This document shows, piece by piece, positions 60,568 to 64,000 of a DNA stretch of 64,000 nt. A program made the position numbers and the translations under genes. Position 1 is the stretch's first letter, and every line of letters starts with the position of its first letter. Origin of the DNA: Methanotrichaceae archaeon. Its GTDB lineage: Archaea > Halobacteriota > Methanosarcinia > Methanotrichales > Methanotrichaceae. The DNA is taken from NCBI GenBank assembly GCA_963844955.1, contig CAWJQJ010000006.1, positions 18,679-82,678 on the forward strand, read 5' to 3'. The notes beneath the pieces were generated by a model. That model was given only the letters and a program-made list of their open reading frames with translations, had not been told where the DNA came from and made no database searches.

Positions 60568-61023
60568 ATGAGGCAATATTATCAGATTTTGGCGGCATTG
60601 ATGGCGGCACTATTTTGCTGCGGCCCGGCCTGGGCCGCTCCAGCCCAGGACCTGCCCGGAATCTGGAATGTGGTGGCAGAGCTGGTGGCGGCTACTGCGG
60701 AAGATCCCAATGACCCCTACGCTCCCAAAGCGGGAATGATCAAGCCCGATGTCTGGACAATCTACAACGGCGACGGCGGCCCGGTGCTCAGCGGCAGCAG
60801 CGGCTCGATTGCCGGCCAGTACACGCCGAAGGGGGCGATCTTCCAGGGCACCTATCCCCTGGGCTCCGGGGTTTATATGGCTGTGAAGATCGAGTGCTTC
60901 CTGGACGGCATTTCGTCCATGTACGGGACCGATGAGAACGAATACTGGGGAACGAATACCGTGACAGGCGAGATGATCAAGCTGGGGAGGGAGTCGTGGA
61001 AGTTCCGGGCGACGAAACAGTGA
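60568..61023 (+). CDS. Secreted hypothetical protein
   Basis: Signal peptide; beta-rich mature part. Confidence 0.65.
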   Translation: MRQYYQILAALMAALFCCGPAWAAPAQDLPGIWNVVAELVAATAEDPNDPYAPKAGMIKPDVWTIYNGDGGPVLSGSSGSIAGQYTPKGAIFQGTYPLGSGVYMAVKIECFLDGISSMYGTDENEYWGTNTVTGEMIKLGRESWKFRATKQ

Positions 61024-61191
61024 GACTTTATGTAGAATAATGAGCTACATAGCACGCAGCAAAGCGGCAGAATATAAGGATTCATGTTTGAGTTAAGCTA
61101 TGATTTAGGACCATATCGATACGAGGAGAGTGATTAAACGACAGACGCAAAAATATTTCTTGTTGATTATGATGGAGACAGTCTTTCGCAG

Positions 61192-62220
61192 ATGATAGAG
61201 ACACCTTTTGTTACTGAAGAGGTGCTGCAGATTTTGCTCGCACGTTATCCGGATCTTCTGCCAGGAGACCAAATAAATCCTGAGCGCCCGCTTAGATGGT
61301 TACTTGTTGCACGTGAGTTGGGGATACCGGGTGGTGTCGCAGAAAGCGATCGGTGGAACCTCGACCACCTCTTTCTCGATCAGGATGGCATACCTACATT
61401 TGTGGAATGCAAGCGCGCATCAAATACACAGGTTCGTCGTGAGGTTGTATCCCAAATGCTTGATTATGCTGCCAATGGCATAGAGTATTGGAGTGTTGAT
61501 CATCTTCGCCAGGCGGCAGCCGAAACGGCTGGCCTGAGTAATAGATCTCTTGATGAAGAGGTAAGGCGACTACTTTTACAGGAAGATGCCGATATCGAGA
61601 TGTTTTGGAGGAAAGTTGAACAGAATCTCAGATCTGACAGAGTTCGCCTAATTTTCGTCACGGATAACCCACCAAAAGAACTGCGAAAACAAGTGGAATT
61701 TCTTAATAGACAAATGAGAGACGTTGAAGTACTTCTTGTTGAAATCAAACAGTTTCTTGGTGAGGGACAAAAGGCGATGGTTCCAAGAATAATCGGTGTT
61801 TCAAAACCAAATCCGGGAAAAAGGCCTTTAACTGAAGCTGAATTCATGGAGAAATGTGCACCTGAATTTAAGGGATTTTTCCAGGATGCAATCAATCTTG
61901 CTAAAAAAGACGATTACTCGATATATTGGGGCCTGAATAGCTTCTCAATTCGAAAGCATTTGCCTTTCTTGAATAGAAATGCCAGCGTAATCTATTGCAT
62001 GCCGGAAGGGTCTTTTTCTTTCTATTTCGCTCAGCTTCCGATATCTGATGATGAAACTAGAACCTTGCGTGATGAGTTAATGACCACAGGCATCTTTAAA
62101 GAGTCGGGTAAGAAAACTCTAGTATCGACCCTGAATGATGAGACACTTGATATGGCAAATGAAGTTGTCAAATTCATCTTAGGCCGGGTAAATCAGATTG
62201 CGAAGAACGCGGAGATCTGA
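61192..62220 (+). CDS. PD-(D/E)xK nuclease-like protein (NucS/DUF91-like N-domain)
   Basis: E..LQ, LDHLFLD, VECKR, RREVVSQMLDYA; frame open upstream to ACG at 61138. Confidence 0.7.
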   Translation: MIETPFVTEEVLQILLARYPDLLPGDQINPERPLRWLLVARELGIPGGVAESDRWNLDHLFLDQDGIPTFVECKRASNTQVRREVVSQMLDYAANGIEYWSVDHLRQAAAETAGLSNRSLDEEVRRLLLQEDADIEMFWRKVEQNLRSDRVRLIFVTDNPPKELRKQVEFLNRQMRDVEVLLVEIKQFLGEGQKAMVPRIIGVSKPNPGKRPLTEAEFMEKCAPEFKGFFQDAINLAKKDDYSIYWGLNSFSIRKHLPFLNRNASVIYCMPEGSFSFYFAQLPISDDETRTLRDELMTTGIFKESGKKTLVSTLNDETLDMANEVVKFILGRVNQIAKNAEI

Positions 62221-62278
62221 TCAATCAGTAGCAGATTACTGAGAGGAATTAAGAGTCTCTCTTTTTCAGGATCTCGCA

Positions 62279-62929
62279 TCATCCCACCAGCGGGTCCCTC
62301 CGCCCGTTCACCGCAAACGCCTCCTCCCTCTCCACGCACGTGGGACAGGTCCGGCAGGGCCGCTCCTCCCCGCGGTAGCAGGACCAGGTCAGCTCGTAGG
62401 GCACCTGCAGCGCCAGGCCCATCCTCACGATCTCGGCCTTGCTCATAGCCACAAAGGGAGCCTGCAGCTCTACGGGATGCCAGGCCGTGGCCAGCCGGAT
62501 GGCGGGGCGCAGGGCCTGCACAAACTCGGGCCGGCAGTCGGGATAGATGGTGCTGTCATTCTTGTGAGCGGCGTAGAAGACCTCGGGAATCTCATGCGCC
62601 TCCGCGTAGCCCGCAGCCACGGAGAGCATGATCATGTTGCGATTGGGCACAACCGTCTTTTTGGCGGCCTCCTCGGTGTAGTGGCAGCTAGGCACCTCCT
62701 TTCCTCCCAGAAGGGCGCTGTCGCCCAAAAGAGAGGCCAGGCTGCTCAGGTCGACAACATGATGAGCAATGTGCACCTTTGCGGCAATGGCCCTGGCGCA
62801 GTCGATCTCTTTTTTGTGCCTCTGGGCGTAGTTGAAGGTGAGGGCATCCACCTCATAGCCGTCATGCAGCATCTTGTAGAGCAGCGTGGTCGAATCCACG
62901 CCCCCGGACAGAATCAAAACGCCTCTCAT
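62279..62929 (-). CDS. queC: 7-cyano-7-deazaguanine synthase
   Basis: SGGVDST, VPNRN, YPDCR, TWSCY..CRTCPTC. Confidence 0.95.
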   Translation of the reverse strand: MRGVLILSGGVDSTTLLYKMLHDGYEVDALTFNYAQRHKKEIDCARAIAAKVHIAHHVVDLSSLASLLGDSALLGGKEVPSCHYTEEAAKKTVVPNRNMIMLSVAAGYAEAHEIPEVFYAAHKNDSTIYPDCRPEFVQALRPAIRLATAWHPVELQAPFVAMSKAEIVRMGLALQVPYELTWSCYRGEERPCRTCPTCVEREEAFAVNGRRDPLVG

Positions 62930-62956
62930 CTTTATACCTCTGGGCTTAATAATGCC

Positions 62957-63289
62957 TCAGGCATCATAGCCCGTCGAGGATTTATAAAGCGCTCGTATCT
63001 TTCCGGCATCCTCTCCCGGCAGCTTTTCTTGTAGCAGATCGATGAATATGCCGGCAAATTCCGGAGATATGCATAACAGGCATTCAGAGCCGTCCAGAAT
63101 TCGACCGGCAAGATAACCAAGGTCCTGGCGGTCCAGCCTCTCCAGCCTTAACTGAAAGTCCTCAGCATCTTCGGCATAATGCATAGAGACCGCAGGCAAG
63201 ACGGAACGGTATTCAATTCTCGATTTGCCCTCAATTTCTGGTGCCAGCTTTTTCAGGATCTGCATGTCTTTCTCGCTCAGCTTTCTCAT
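62957..63289 (-). CDS. Hypothetical protein
   Basis: ATG after GAGGTG RBS; GSECLLC motif. Confidence 0.65.
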   Translation of the reverse strand: MRKLSEKDMQILKKLAPEIEGKSRIEYRSVLPAVSMHYAEDAEDFQLRLERLDRQDLGYLAGRILDGSECLLCISPEFAGIFIDLLQEKLPGEDAGKIRALYKSSTGYDA

Positions 63290-63300
63290 ATCTACACCTC

Positions 63301-63462
63301 TTATTTCTGGTTCTGGGAAAAATTGGCGTCCCTGGTAAGCGGCAGATCTTTGACGGCAAGGAGATCCGCGCCCAAGCCCAGGCAAGAGGCTGATGCGGCG
63401 CATGAGCCGAAAATGAGCAGCAAAGCGGCCAATATAGCCGGAATAGCGGTCCCCCTCTTCAT
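63301..63462 (-). CDS. Small hypothetical protein with signal peptide
   Basis: MKRGTAIPAILAALLLIFG. Confidence 0.45.
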   Translation of the reverse strand: MKRGTAIPAILAALLLIFGSCAASASCLGLGADLLAVKDLPLTRDANFSQNQK

Positions 63463-63583
63463 TAAATATCCCTCTTCATCATCATAATCATTACCATTAA
63501 TCGTTAATCCTAATTGCAATCCTGATATGAAATGGCCATCTGAGCGAAAAACCTTTTGCACCCTTTTGCTCATGAAGGCATGC

Positions 63584-64000
63584 TTATTCTTCTTCTCTCT
63601 TTGCGAGAGGAGTTACCAGAATCTTGTCCACCTTGCGCCCATCCATGTCCATAACCTCAAACCGGTAGCCACTCCACTCGAAATGGTCTCCGGCAGTTGG
63701 AATCTTCTCCAGATGCATCATCACAAACCCGCCCAAGGTTATGTATTGGCCTTCCTCCTCTTCCGGCAATCCTTCCGGATCCACTCTCTCCCGAAAGTCA
63801 TCCACCGGAAAAGCGCCGTCCACAAGCCAGGAGCCGTCCTCCCTCTGCATTATCTGTTGCTCTGCCAGATCGTCGATATGAGGTATGTCTCCCACCAGCC
63901 CTTCCAGGAGATCAACCAGGGACACTATCCCCTGCACCGAGCCGTACTCATCCAGGACTATGGCCAGATGAATTCCCGTCTGCTTGAACTTCTCCAGTAC
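63584..64000 (-). CDS. HlyC/CorC family CBS + CorC domain protein (runs off window end)
   Basis: DEYGSVQGIVSLVDLLE.LVG, DGSWLVDG, TLGGF, MDGRKVDK. Confidence 0.9.
   Translation of the reverse strand, partial: VLEKFKQTGIHLAIVLDEYGSVQGIVSLVDLLEGLVGDIPHIDDLAEQQIMQREDGSWLVDGAFPVDDFRERVDPEGLPEEEEGQYITLGGFVMMHLEKIPTAGDHFEWSGYRFEVMDMDGRKVDKILVTPLAKREEE

Noticed and set aside
62279-62929. queC as part of a Dpd or QatABCD defence system
   Set aside because: Canonical short QueC with no dpd/qat neighbours; fits archaeosine biosynthesis.

Overview
Archaeal methanogen DNA, most likely Methanothrix/Methanosarcinales-type (inferred from gene content). Core functions: K+ channel and KefC-type antiporter, a branched-chain amino acid-type ABC transporter, FeoB, HMG-CoA synthase, the MCR-activation cluster (atwA-mmp3-6-5-15-17-7), cimA-ilvB-ilvN-ilvC, npdG, PolB2, a trans-sulfuration PLP enzyme and queC, plus many lineage-specific secreted proteins. 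The most striking region is 43.7-52.0 kb, downstream of ilvC. It starts with an AT-rich gene interrupted by a tnpA-only IS200/IS605 element. Five unrelated toxin-antitoxin modules follow (RelE/YafQ, UPF0175-DUF3368 PIN, MNT-HepT, HicBA, VapBC), each bounded by co-oriented copies of a GC-rich, hairpin-forming mosaic repeat. This is a cassette-array-like architecture with no intact integrase in the window. A sixth TA module (MNT-HEPN, 17 kb) sits between duplicated gene fragments. Other oddities are an Hfq-type protein (FKHAI motif), bacterial-like RlmJ and RlmH, and a truncated tyrosine-recombinase-like protein. Several +1 frameshifts in conserved genes suggest sequencing errors. All calls are by eye from motifs; no database searches were run.
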